Source: Gemmatimonadota bacterium (GTDB lineage Bacteria > Gemmatimonadota > Gemmatimonadetes > Palauibacterales > Palauibacteraceae). Taken from it: DNA of 64,000 nucleotides. The stretch lies in assembly GCA_963666735.1 (NCBI GenBank), contig OY762926.1, positions 3,520,001-3,584,000 on the forward strand, in the 5' to 3' direction. Positions 29,866 to 38,861 of this stretch are shown here, piece by piece; the first letter of the stretch is position 1; each line of letters opens with the position of its first letter. Made by a program: the position numbers and the translations under genes. Under the pieces are notes generated by a model. That model saw nothing but the letters and a program-made list of their open reading frames with translations, was not told the DNA's origin and did not search any database.

Positions 29866-29904
29866 CTTACCCACGGATCTTGCCCACGGATCTTGCCCAC
29901 GGAT
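29866..29904 (+). repeat. 3 x 13-bp direct repeat CTTRCCCACGGAT
   Basis: cttacccacggat cttgcccacggat cttgcccacggat; last copy overlaps the fabH-like ATG. Confidence 0.9.
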
Positions 29905-30985
29905 GATGGAGAGGGCCTTGCCAGCCAGAGTGACCGCGGCGGTCACGGGTACCGGTAGCTACCTGCCGCCCGACAGCATCGACAACTTCCAGCTTCTCGC
30001 CATGGGTACGCTGCGCGATTCGTTCGACGTCGGGCAGGCGCGATCCGCGCTCAGGGGCGTCGAGGGCGTCAACGGGCTGTCGGCCGCCGAGGTCTTCGAT
30101 CAGTGGGCGTATCAGCTGACCGGCATCAGGTCGCGTCGGCGGATTCCGCCGGCAAGCGATCTGACCACGGAGGACATGTGTGCCCGGGCGGGGCTCGCCG
30201 CGCTGGAGGCGGCCGGACGCGAGCCGGACGAGATCGACCAGCTCTACGTCGCGACCGTGTCGCCGTCCGACGAGGTTCCGAACAGCGCCTGTACCGTGGC
30301 GACGAAGATCGGGAATCCGCGATTGGGAGGATTCGCGATCAACGCGGCCTGCGCCGGTTTCGTCTACGGCGTGGGGGCAGGCTGGTCGGCCATCGTCAGC
30401 GGTATGGCGGAGCGGGTTCTGGTGATTTCGGGCGACGCCCTCACGCGGCTCGTGGACTACACGGACGTGCGGACGGCCGTGCTCTTCGGCGACGGGGCCG
30501 GAGCGGCCGTCCTCGAGCGGAGCGAAGCGGATCACGGCGTGCTCGGTCCGATGGCGGCGGCGGGCTGGTTCGCGCGCGACCCGCTTTACCTTAGCGGACA
30601 GAGCTGGCGCGACGACGGAGACCGGATCCCGATTCTCCACATGGAGGGAGGGCCGCGGATCGTCCGCAACGCGATCGTCAAGATGGCCGAAGTGGGTGAG
30701 CAAGCGCTCGAGAAGGCGGGTCTCGGCTGGTCCGACGTGGACTTCGTGATTCCTCACCAGGCGAACGCGCGGATCACGCGAGGTCTCGAGCAGAGGCTGG
30801 AACTGCCGAAGGGGCGCGTCATCCACAACATCGTCGATTACGGCAACATGTCGGCCTCGACGGTTGCGGTGACGCTCGACGAAGTCGTCCGCGGTAAGCA
30901 CGGACCCGTGCCGAACCCGGCCACGATCGTCCTCACCTCGATCGGAGGCGGCTACACGATGGCGGCGGCGGTCGTCCGCATCTGA
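29903..30985 (+). CDS. 3-oxoacyl-ACP synthase III (FabH-like)
   Basis: GTGSYLP, AACAGF, LFGDGAGA, PHQAN, YGNMSAS: Cys-His-Asn triad present. Confidence 0.92.
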   Translation: MMERALPARVTAAVTGTGSYLPPDSIDNFQLLAMGTLRDSFDVGQARSALRGVEGVNGLSAAEVFDQWAYQLTGIRSRRRIPPASDLTTEDMCARAGLAALEAAGREPDEIDQLYVATVSPSDEVPNSACTVATKIGNPRLGGFAINAACAGFVYGVGAGWSAIVSGMAERVLVISGDALTRLVDYTDVRTAVLFGDGAGAAVLERSEADHGVLGPMAAAGWFARDPLYLSGQSWRDDGDRIPILHMEGGPRIVRNAIVKMAEVGEQALEKAGLGWSDVDFVIPHQANARITRGLEQRLELPKGRVIHNIVDYGNMSASTVAVTLDEVVRGKHGPVPNPATIVLTSIGGGYTMAAAVVRI

Positions 30986-31021
30986 TGGGCGGTCGGGCCC
31001 GGCCCGCACACCTGCCGCGCG

Positions 31022-32272
31022 TCAGGCGGGACTCGCCCACTCCCTGAGCGGAATCACTTCGACCGGCTCCCCGGCGCTTATGGCGTCGGTCCCGACGGGG
31101 ACCGCGAGCAGCCCGTCGGCCAGCATGGAGCCCAGGTTGCCCGAGCCCTGCGGGCCGCTCAGCCGAGCCGTGAGGACGCCGGATTCGGCGGACCCGATGA
31201 GCACGCGCAGGAACGAGAGCACGTCCCGGGGACCGCGCAGGTCGTGTGCGGCGACACACTGCAGCGACCGCCGGCAGGGACGCGCGAACCCCGCCATCCT
31301 GCGGATCGCCGGTCTCACCAGCGTCTCGTACGTGACGAGCGCCGAGGCGGGATTGCCCGGGACGCCCCAGAACGGCCGGCCGCCGAGCAGGCCGAAGACG
31401 GCGGCGCTGCCGGGGCGCATCCGCACGCGCCAGAAGGAGCGTTCGAATCCGAGTTCGTCGAGGACCCGCTTCACGTAGTCGTGATCGCCGACGCTCACGC
31501 CCGCCGCGGAGACGATCGCGTCGCAGGATTCGGCCCGCACGAGACAACGGTGCAGGTCGGCGGGGTCGTCCCGGGCGATGCCGAGCGGCACCGGCTCCGC
31601 CCCGGAATCCGCGAGCTGGGCGGCCAGCGCGTGTCCGTTCGAGTTCATGATCCTCCGACCGGCCCGCACCTCGTCGAATTCATCGAAATCCGCGAGTTCG
31701 TCCCCGTTCGCGAGCACGCCGACGCGAGGTCGCCGGCCCACGTCCACCCGCTCGAGGCCGGCCGAGGCGAGCAGCGCCACCGCCGCCGCCCCGAGCTCCT
31801 CGCCGCGCTCCACCATCGTGTCGCCCGCCCTCACATCCTCCCCGAGGAAACGGATGTGACGCTCCCCGTCCGCGTCATCGAATATGCGAACGCGCCCGTC
31901 CGGGCCTCCGTCCGTGTGCTCCACGCGGACGACGCCCGTGGCGCCCTCCGGCACCGGCGCCCCCGTCATCACGCGCGCCACGGAGCCGGGCTCCAGCGGC
32001 CCGCGCGGAAAAGCGCCGGCCGGGATGTCTTCGGAGATCGGGAGGACCACGGGCCGTTCCGGGCTTGCGCCGCGGACCTCCTCGATGCGCACGGCGAATC
32101 CGTCCATGGCGCTGTTGTTCCACGGCGGGTGCGGGGCGACGGCTTGCACGTCGCGCGCGAGCGAGCGGCCGAGGGCGGCGGAGAGCGGAACTCGCTCCGT
32201 TTCCAGCGGCGACACGGCGTCCAGCACGAGAGCCAGGGCCTCGTCGAAGGAGACCCAGTCCGCGTCGTTCAT
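31022..32272 (-). CDS. moeA: Molybdopterin molybdenumtransferase
   Basis: SAMDGFA, MTGAPVPEGA, NGDEL, GVSVGDHDYV, PGNPAS. Confidence 0.95.
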   Translation of the reverse strand: MNDADWVSFDEALALVLDAVSPLETERVPLSAALGRSLARDVQAVAPHPPWNNSAMDGFAVRIEEVRGASPERPVVLPISEDIPAGAFPRGPLEPGSVARVMTGAPVPEGATGVVRVEHTDGGPDGRVRIFDDADGERHIRFLGEDVRAGDTMVERGEELGAAAVALLASAGLERVDVGRRPRVGVLANGDELADFDEFDEVRAGRRIMNSNGHALAAQLADSGAEPVPLGIARDDPADLHRCLVRAESCDAIVSAAGVSVGDHDYVKRVLDELGFERSFWRVRMRPGSAAVFGLLGGRPFWGVPGNPASALVTYETLVRPAIRRMAGFARPCRRSLQCVAAHDLRGPRDVLSFLRVLIGSAESGVLTARLSGPQGSGNLGSMLADGLLAVPVGTDAISAGEPVEVIPLREWASPA

Positions 32273-32315
32273 GCCCGGTTCATGCCCGGCCGCCGCGGAG
32301 GCTCGTCACGGGAGG

Positions 32316-33038
32316 CTAGAAGTAGTACCAGATGGAGATGCTGAACTCCGGGTTGTGGCCCCACACGGAACTCTGCGGCGCCGGCGCGCCGGAGGCGTCG
32401 AACAGCTCCAGGGTGGTTCCGAAGAGGAATCCGTCCGGAGACGTCACGCGGACCAGGTAATCGCGGACCTCGAAGCCGATCCCGATCGTCTCCGCCGGAA
32501 AGATCTCGAACCCCAGCCCCGCGAAGATGTGCGGAGCGGTGGAGATGTCGTACCGGAAGGGTTCGAGAGCCTGGTCGGCGAGGAACTCGGAGGCGCCCTC
32601 GTCGATCCCGAACACGAAGCCGCCGCCGATGAGCCCGTAGGGGTGGATCCCGTTCCACGTCCGCGCTCCGGTGAGGCCGACCTGCGCGCCGATATCGGCC
32701 CGCAGCCAGCCCGCGGCGACGGTGTCGACGACCATCGGTCCTTCCGCGTCGAGGACATCCAGTGTCCAGCGGTCCGCCGCCCCGTAGGTGGCTCCAAGCT
32801 CGAGAGAAAGGGGACTCGACGCCCGGACGCGCATTCTGGCGCCCCCCACGGCGGTGGGTCCCTGCGCGAACTCGAGCCGCCCCCGGTTCCCCGCGTGGTG
32901 GCCCCCGAAAAGGCCGATGCGGAAGCCCTTCTCGCGCCAGCGAAAGGGTGAATCGATGCGTTCGGCCTGCGCCTCGACCGTCGCCGGGACTCCGGCGAGC
33001 AGGGCGAGTCCGACGACGAAGATCAGTTTGTTTGACAC
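32316..33038 (-). CDS. Outer-membrane beta-barrel protein
   Basis: Signal peptide, alternating beta strands, C-terminal aromatic YYF. Confidence 0.7.
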   Translation of the reverse strand: MSNKLIFVVGLALLAGVPATVEAQAERIDSPFRWREKGFRIGLFGGHHAGNRGRLEFAQGPTAVGGARMRVRASSPLSLELGATYGAADRWTLDVLDAEGPMVVDTVAAGWLRADIGAQVGLTGARTWNGIHPYGLIGGGFVFGIDEGASEFLADQALEPFRYDISTAPHIFAGLGFEIFPAETIGIGFEVRDYLVRVTSPDGFLFGTTLELFDASGAPAPQSSVWGHNPEFSISIWYYF

Positions 33039-33138
33039 TGGGTTGACGCGGGTTCCATATCTTGGATGAGTCGGATCTCGAACGGGAACGGCCCCGTCTC
33101 ACGAATCTCGCGACGGGGCGGCGGCGCGAGGAATGTAG

Positions 33139-33972
33139 GTGGAGGACCGGGTCCTTACCAGAAAAACGTCTTGTCGCCGTCGCTTGCGACGCCGGCTTCT
33201 CCTGCCGGTCGTCCTGGCGTGTGCGCATGCGCCGCCCCCCACGGCCGCGCAGGTGCGCGAAGTCGTCATCGACGGCGAGGTCTTCCGGAGGACGGCGGAC
33301 GGCCGCCGTCTGGCCGAACTCGCGCTGCGCACGCCGGTCGTCCTCAAGCGTACGGAAGGGGTCTGGGCGGAGGTGGAGGTCGAGGGCTGGGTCCCGTCCG
33401 GCTCGGTCGCGCCGGCCACGCGAGAGGGCCACAACGGCGTCATCGCCAGCTTGGGAGGCGAACCTCTCAGGTCCGAACCCGCCGGGTCCGTGACCGGGTT
33501 CCTGCTCGAGGGATTCCTCGTCGACCGGGTGGAGGAACGGGAAGGCTGGAGCCGGATTCGCCGCTCGGGCTGGGTTCGGGAGGCCGCGCTCGGGCCCGGC
33601 GGCGGGGATGGTGTCGGCCCCGGCGATGTCCGCCCCGGCGGTGTCGAGGCCGTCCTGCCCGGCGTCTCGGCTGCGGCGTTGCGCGCGAACCCGGATGAGT
33701 ATGCCGGCGCGCGCCTCCGCTGGACCGTTCGGTTTCTGTCGCTGGAACGGGCGGAACCGGAGCGGATCGACTTCTACGAAGGCGAGCCCTTCCTGCTCGC
33801 GCGCGCCCCCGATCCGGGAGATGGGCTCATCTACGTCGCCGTGCCGCCGGAACTCCTGGCGGCGGCGGAAAAGCTCCGGCCCCTCCAGACCCTCGACATC
33901 CTCGTGAAGGTCCGGACGGGCCGGTCGGTGCTACTGAGGGTCCCGATACTGGATCTGCTCGCGCTCTACTGA
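33139..33972 (+). CDS. Secreted protein with SH3b-like repeats and OB-like C-terminus
   Basis: Two W.x.V/I...GWV repeats; LRANPDEYAG. Confidence 0.6.
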   Translation: MEDRVLTRKTSCRRRLRRRLLLPVVLACAHAPPPTAAQVREVVIDGEVFRRTADGRRLAELALRTPVVLKRTEGVWAEVEVEGWVPSGSVAPATREGHNGVIASLGGEPLRSEPAGSVTGFLLEGFLVDRVEEREGWSRIRRSGWVREAALGPGGGDGVGPGDVRPGGVEAVLPGVSAAALRANPDEYAGARLRWTVRFLSLERAEPERIDFYEGEPFLLARAPDPGDGLIYVAVPPELLAAAEKLRPLQTLDILVKVRTGRSVLLRVPILDLLALY

Positions 33973-33985
33973 GCAGAACCCGTCG

Positions 33986-35593
33986 CTACCGGTTCCCCTG
34001 GTTCCCCTCGCTCTCGGCCTCGTTCAGGAAGGCCTCGGCCTCCATCAGGCCGGCGTGCGCAAGGCCGCTCCACAGGTCGGCGACCTTCGCATAGGCCTCG
34101 GCGGCGAGCACCGCGTCGCCGTTGGCGGCGTGCGCCCGGGCCAGGCCGAGCAGCGAACGCGGCCGGTTCGGCATCCGCAGCAGCGAGGTCTCGAACTTCT
34201 CGACCGCCTTGTCCGGCATCCCGAGTTCGAGCAGCAGTTCGCCGTAGAGTTCGTGCAGAGGCTTGACCGGGCTCGCCGAACCGCGCGGCGGCGCCATGCT
34301 CATGACCTCCGCCTCGGCCTCGTCCATGAGTCCGGTCGCCACGTCGGGATGGCCCATGGCGGCGTGCCGGAGCGCCCCGACCTGCTTGTGCATGACGTGC
34401 GTGTAGCCCTCGCCGTCCGACAACTCCTTCAGCGCGGCCTCCGCCTCGGTGACGGTCGCCTGGTCGCCCATGCGGTGGGCGCTCAGTCCCGTGGCGAGGA
34501 GTTCGTGCGCCGGGGAGTCTTCGGTGATCGGCTGGGTCTCCCACTGCTCGGTCTCGACGATGTAGCGCGCCCTGAGGAGCGAAACGGCGCCCTGCGCCCG
34601 CGCGATGCCCGCTGCTCCGCGCGCGCCGGTCGCGGTGCCGAAGCCCTCGTTGTCGACCATGTCCCCGAGCCGGTCCATCCACAGCCGCGCCTTGTCGTAG
34701 TCCCCGCGCTGGAGGTCGCCGTACTGGCCCCAGTCGAGCGCGTGCACCGCGTCGCCCACCGGGTCGCCCGGCTGCCACAGCTCCTGCGCCACGTTGTAGG
34801 CGGACTGGTTGTTGCCGGACACGCGCTCCCACATCCCGTGCTGGATGAAGATGTGCGTCGGCATGTGCCGCGCGTGGGAAACCGCCGGAGCGATGTCCGC
34901 GAAGGCGTAGGCCGCGTCCAGCGCGAGCGGGGCCATGATCGGATTGTCGAACGAGTGGATCGTGTAGTGCGCCGCGCCCGGGTGCATCGGATTGTCGTTG
35001 AACAGCCGGAGCGCGATCGTCCCCGCCATCACGTTCCAGCGCTGGCTCAGATCGCGCGTCGCCGCCGTCGCGCTGAGGAGGGAGAGCGCGTAGAAGGCCG
35101 AGATCTCCGGGTCCTCCGGATAGGCCTCGTACAGGTCGCGCATCGCCTCCATGTACCCTACGCGCCGGTCGACGTGGTCGGCCTCGCTCCACAGGATTTC
35201 GACCGCCCTAAGGAAGCCCTTCTCGCGATCCGTCGGCGCCTTGGCCATGCGCTCGGCCGGCGTCGCGCCCAGCCTCTCGAGCGCCTTGCGCGGCTCCGTC
35301 GGGTCCATCTGCGACACGAGCGGATGATTGTAGGCGAGCGACTCGCCCCAGTACGCCATCACGAAGCCGGGATCCAGTTCCTGCGCCGCGTGGAACTGCT
35401 CCCTCGCCTGCTTCCAGCCGAAGCTGTGCAGGATCGCCACGCCCCGGAGGAAGTGCTGCTGCGCCTCGCCTGTGGCCGAGGTCGGGAAGGTGATTGAGCC
35501 GACCTCATCGAACTGTGCCTCGACCGGCGCGGGAACCGTCGACAGCATCGCGCCGAGGAGGAACGCCGGGAGCATCATGGACCATCTTTTCAT
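33986..35593 (-). CDS. Secreted TPR-like protein
   Basis: Signal peptide; AQQHFLRGVAILHSF, HPGAAHYTIHSFD, HARHMPTHIF His-rich motifs. Confidence 0.8.
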   Translation of the reverse strand: MKRWSMMLPAFLLGAMLSTVPAPVEAQFDEVGSITFPTSATGEAQQHFLRGVAILHSFGWKQAREQFHAAQELDPGFVMAYWGESLAYNHPLVSQMDPTEPRKALERLGATPAERMAKAPTDREKGFLRAVEILWSEADHVDRRVGYMEAMRDLYEAYPEDPEISAFYALSLLSATAATRDLSQRWNVMAGTIALRLFNDNPMHPGAAHYTIHSFDNPIMAPLALDAAYAFADIAPAVSHARHMPTHIFIQHGMWERVSGNNQSAYNVAQELWQPGDPVGDAVHALDWGQYGDLQRGDYDKARLWMDRLGDMVDNEGFGTATGARGAAGIARAQGAVSLLRARYIVETEQWETQPITEDSPAHELLATGLSAHRMGDQATVTEAEAALKELSDGEGYTHVMHKQVGALRHAAMGHPDVATGLMDEAEAEVMSMAPPRGSASPVKPLHELYGELLLELGMPDKAVEKFETSLLRMPNRPRSLLGLARAHAANGDAVLAAEAYAKVADLWSGLAHAGLMEAEAFLNEAESEGNQGNR

Positions 35594-35715
35594 CGTACTA
35601 TCCCTCTCAGGAAGAAACGCCGGCCTACCTCGTCCGGCATCGCATTGAAGTTACGGTGCCAAAACCAGAAGCGGGCGGCAAGGTGTAGCGCCGGGTCACG
35701 GCGTCTCGCGCCGCC

Positions 35716-36135
35716 TCATGCGTCCGGGAGATCGTAGTCGATCGTCAGCGTGTGCGAGCCGCCGTCCACGGCGATCTTGACCGAGCCGGTCAGGCCCTCA
35801 AGATCGCCGGTCGCCGACCCCGGGACGATCTGGCCGCCCGTCTGCTCGTGGCCGCTCGCGCTCAACCCCCAGTGTTGCATGACGAACGTCCCTTCCCGTC
35901 CGCCGAGCGCCCCCCGCACGACCTCGCGGGCGATATAGCCCGCTCCCGCGGCGATATCCGCCACATCCGCCTGGCACATGAGGAGCCGGGCCTCGCTCTC
36001 CGCCACGAGGTCCCCGCCGAAACGCTTGAGGACGGTGGCGTGGGAGAGCGTCGGCCCCCCGGGGCCGCCTGCGTCGGGTTCGGCTTCCCCCTGGTCCCAT
36101 CCGGTGACCTCGAAGGAGGCGATCGCGCGCGCCAT
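35716..36135 (-). CDS. DUF3224-family protein
   Basis: FEVTGWD, KRFGGDL, GREGTFVMQH, IVPGSATGDLEGLTG. Confidence 0.85.
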   Translation of the reverse strand: MARAIASFEVTGWDQGEAEPDAGGPGGPTLSHATVLKRFGGDLVAESEARLLMCQADVADIAAGAGYIAREVVRGALGGREGTFVMQHWGLSASGHEQTGGQIVPGSATGDLEGLTGSVKIAVDGGSHTLTIDYDLPDA

Positions 36136-36175
36136 GCCGGGCTTCTCTGCTGCCGGATTCCCGCCGGGTCCGCTC

Positions 36176-37561
36176 CTAGAGCGCCGCGACGGCGGTGGAC
36201 AGGTTGTCGAGGGCGCGCTTCACGAGCGTGCGCGACGTCGCGATGTTCATCCGCATGTGCCGCTCGCCGCCGGTCCCGTAGCTGGGCCCGCTGTTGAGGT
36301 AGATGCGTGCGTTCTCGGCGAGCCAGCGCTGCAGGACGCTCTCCGGCGACACCGGCTCCGCAGCCGTCCGGTTCTCGTAGTCCGCCTTCCCCTGCGCGTC
36401 GATCCTGTCCATCAGGTCGCCCATGTCCAGCCACGCGAGGAAGGTGCCCTGCGCCTTGGTGTACTTCACGAGCGGGATGTTCTCCCGGATATAGGCCTCG
36501 GTGTAGTCGTGGTTGCCGTCCAGGTAGACGAGAAGCTGGTCGAGCCACTCGTCGCCCTCGTTGTTGGCGGCGCGGGCGGCGTACATGCCCAGCGTGCTGA
36601 GGTCCGCCCGCGTGTTCTGGCGCAGGCGTGTCATGAAGGAGGGGTTGGTCGAGAAGTACCAGGCCACCTTGTTGGCCGCGAGGCTGAACGTCTTGCTGTT
36701 GGATTTGAAGGTGACGCTGTTGTCGACGACCTTCGGATCGAGGCTGGCGAACGGCGTGTACTTCTGTCCCTTCGTCACGAAATCGCAGTGGATCTCGTCG
36801 GAGAGCACCGGCACGCCGTGTTCGAGACAGATCTCGCCCATGCGGGTCATGTCTTCCGCCGACCAGCAGTTTCCGGTCGGGTTCTGCGGGTTGCAGAGGA
36901 CGAAGGCGTGGACCCGTTGCACGCGGCGCTCGAAGTCATCCCAATCGATCTCGTAGACGCCGTCGACGACCTTCATCTCGCTGTCCTCGGCGACGTTCCG
37001 CGCGAAGCGCAGATCCGAGTAGAAGCCGTTGTAGGTCGGCGTCGTCATGAGGACCCGGCTGCCCGGAGGGGCGAAGGTGTGCAGTCCCGCGATGATTCCC
37101 GGGTGGACGCCCGACGTCCAGACGATGGTCGAGGGGTCGATGTCGAGGTCGTAGCGGCGCTGGTTCCAGGCCACGACCGCGTCCGTGAACGAACTGTCGC
37201 GGTGCTGGTAGCCCCAGTTCTCGTGCTTGCTGCGCTCGGCGATCGCCTGCGTGATGCACGGTGCGGCGCGGAAGTCCATGTCGGCGATCCCCATGCCGAC
37301 CTCGATCTCGGGGCCGAACTGCTCGATGGCGCGATCCCACTTGACGCAGTCGGTTCCGCGCCGGTCGTAGATCTGGTCGAAGTCAAACTCCTCGGGTGCG
37401 CCGGCGAATCCGGCCGCGGCGACATCGGTCCCCGCCACCTCGCTCGCGAGCGCCGAACGCGCGCCGACGGCGCCCAGAACGGCGGTGGCTCCTGTGCTCT
37501 TGAGAAAGGCCCGACGGTTCAGCCCGTGATTCCGCAGCATTTGCACGCCCTCCTTCGACAT
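36176..37561 (-). CDS. PatB/MalY-like PLP C-S lyase/aminotransferase with Tat signal
   Basis: NRRAFLK Tat motif; KWD, ADMDF, LCNPQNPTG, SDEIH, SKTF. Confidence 0.9.
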   Translation of the reverse strand: MSKEGVQMLRNHGLNRRAFLKSTGATAVLGAVGARSALASEVAGTDVAAAGFAGAPEEFDFDQIYDRRGTDCVKWDRAIEQFGPEIEVGMGIADMDFRAAPCITQAIAERSKHENWGYQHRDSSFTDAVVAWNQRRYDLDIDPSTIVWTSGVHPGIIAGLHTFAPPGSRVLMTTPTYNGFYSDLRFARNVAEDSEMKVVDGVYEIDWDDFERRVQRVHAFVLCNPQNPTGNCWSAEDMTRMGEICLEHGVPVLSDEIHCDFVTKGQKYTPFASLDPKVVDNSVTFKSNSKTFSLAANKVAWYFSTNPSFMTRLRQNTRADLSTLGMYAARAANNEGDEWLDQLLVYLDGNHDYTEAYIRENIPLVKYTKAQGTFLAWLDMGDLMDRIDAQGKADYENRTAAEPVSPESVLQRWLAENARIYLNSGPSYGTGGERHMRMNIATSRTLVKRALDNLSTAVAAL

Positions 37562-37662
37562 TTCCCGCGTACGGTTCGTGACCGCTGTTCCGAATCAGGG
37601 TGGTCGAAACGTCCCGCTCTGGCAAGACTGGCGGCGTGCCGGGCGGCGTGCCGGGCGACCTG

Positions 37663-38244
37663 TCAGCCGAGGCGTCCGAGGCGGGCCGAACTCTCCGCCA
37701 CGCCGGCCTCGACGCCCGCCTCCCGGTACAGGTCCCGGGCCTCCCGCCACAGCCCCCGGGCTTCGTCGCGCTCGCCGAGGGTCTCGCGCAGGATGGCCAT
37801 CGGCCGCACCGCGTTGGCAAGATCGAGCGCCTGGCGCGCAGGGTGCGCGCGGTAGATGGCCAACGCCTCCGCGTAGCAGCGCTTGGCCTCCCGGGGGTCG
37901 TCCGTCTCCCGGAGCACGTCGCCGAGGTGGCGTACGGTGTGAGCGAGCGCGAGCGGATCGTCTCCCCGGCGGCAGAGCGGAACGGCTTCGCGATACAGCC
38001 GGAGGGCGATATCGAGCCGTCCCAGGTCGCGTTCGACGTTCGCGCGGCCATGCAGCGCGCGGGCGAGCGCAACCGGATCGTCATGCTCCCGCGCGAGCGC
38101 GGCCGCCGCCTTCATGTGCCGCAGCGCCTCGCCTGCCCGCTCCGCGCGCCGTGCGGCCATTCCCCGCCGGACGCGCGACTCGACGGCGTCCCGGGGCGCG
38201 GCGCAGGTCTCCGGGGGAACCCCGGGGGGAACCCTGTCCGGCAT
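37663..38244 (-). CDS. Tetratricopeptide repeat protein
   Basis: Repeated LA..L..LG...R..G...A...Y.EAL motifs. Confidence 0.8.
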   Translation of the reverse strand: MPDRVPPGVPPETCAAPRDAVESRVRRGMAARRAERAGEALRHMKAAAALAREHDDPVALARALHGRANVERDLGRLDIALRLYREAVPLCRRGDDPLALAHTVRHLGDVLRETDDPREAKRCYAEALAIYRAHPARQALDLANAVRPMAILRETLGERDEARGLWREARDLYREAGVEAGVAESSARLGRLG

Positions 38245-38252
38245 GGGGCCCT

Positions 38253-38744
38253 CTACCCTCCGCGCGGTACCGGAGCCGAGGAGTGGCCGGTCAGGATCCG
38301 CCATCCCCCCGTCTCGTGGACCCACAGCATGGTCACCGCGCCTCCATAGCCGAACTCGGATCCGTCCTCCGTGCGAAGCGTGCTCTCGAACCGGGACCGG
38401 ATCTGGGCGACGCCGGGGGCCAACGGCTCGATGTCCGTATCCGAGTACTCCGTCGTAATCTGTGTCCCCGGACCGAGATCCGCGAGGGCGGCGCGCACGT
38501 CGTCGGCCGACTCGTAGGCCAATTCCCCGTTCTCGTAGAAGCGGAACGCAGGGGATTCCGAATAGAAATCGCCGGCGGCCTCCCAGGTCGACGCGATCCC
38601 CATGGCCCGGAACGCCTCGAGCGTCGCCGACAGGCTGTCGCGCATCGCCGCGGCATGCGGTTCCGTCAACGGCTCCGGCTCCGACCCGCACCCCGGCCCC
38701 GCCAACACGGCGAGGCACAGGCAGAACTTCGTCACGTTCGTCAT
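38253..38744 (-). CDS. SnoaL/NTF2-like (DUF4440) lipoprotein
   Basis: Lipoprotein-like signal; C-terminal TMLWVHETGGWRILTGHSS. Confidence 0.8.
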   Translation of the reverse strand: MTNVTKFCLCLAVLAGPGCGSEPEPLTEPHAAAMRDSLSATLEAFRAMGIASTWEAAGDFYSESPAFRFYENGELAYESADDVRAALADLGPGTQITTEYSDTDIEPLAPGVAQIRSRFESTLRTEDGSEFGYGGAVTMLWVHETGGWRILTGHSSAPVPRGG

Positions 38745-38861
38745 ATTTCCTCGATCACAGTACGGACCGATACGTTAACCTGTACGTGCAAACGGCCAAA
38801 GTTCGCAGCCCGTTTCAACCTCGCTTGGGGTCAACCAGGCGGTTGTGCCAACACCGGTGCC

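Noticed and set aside
29866..29904. Direct repeats as a mini-CRISPR
   Set aside because: 13-bp contiguous units without spacers; no cas genes
23757..32272. etfBA-xdhC-moeA as a dedicated molybdoenzyme cluster
   Set aside because: No molybdoenzyme structural genes are present and unrelated genes intervene
37578..38861. N-terminal extension of the 843-aa ORF
   Set aside because: Overlaps two real minus-strand genes; the credible protein starts at ATG 38862
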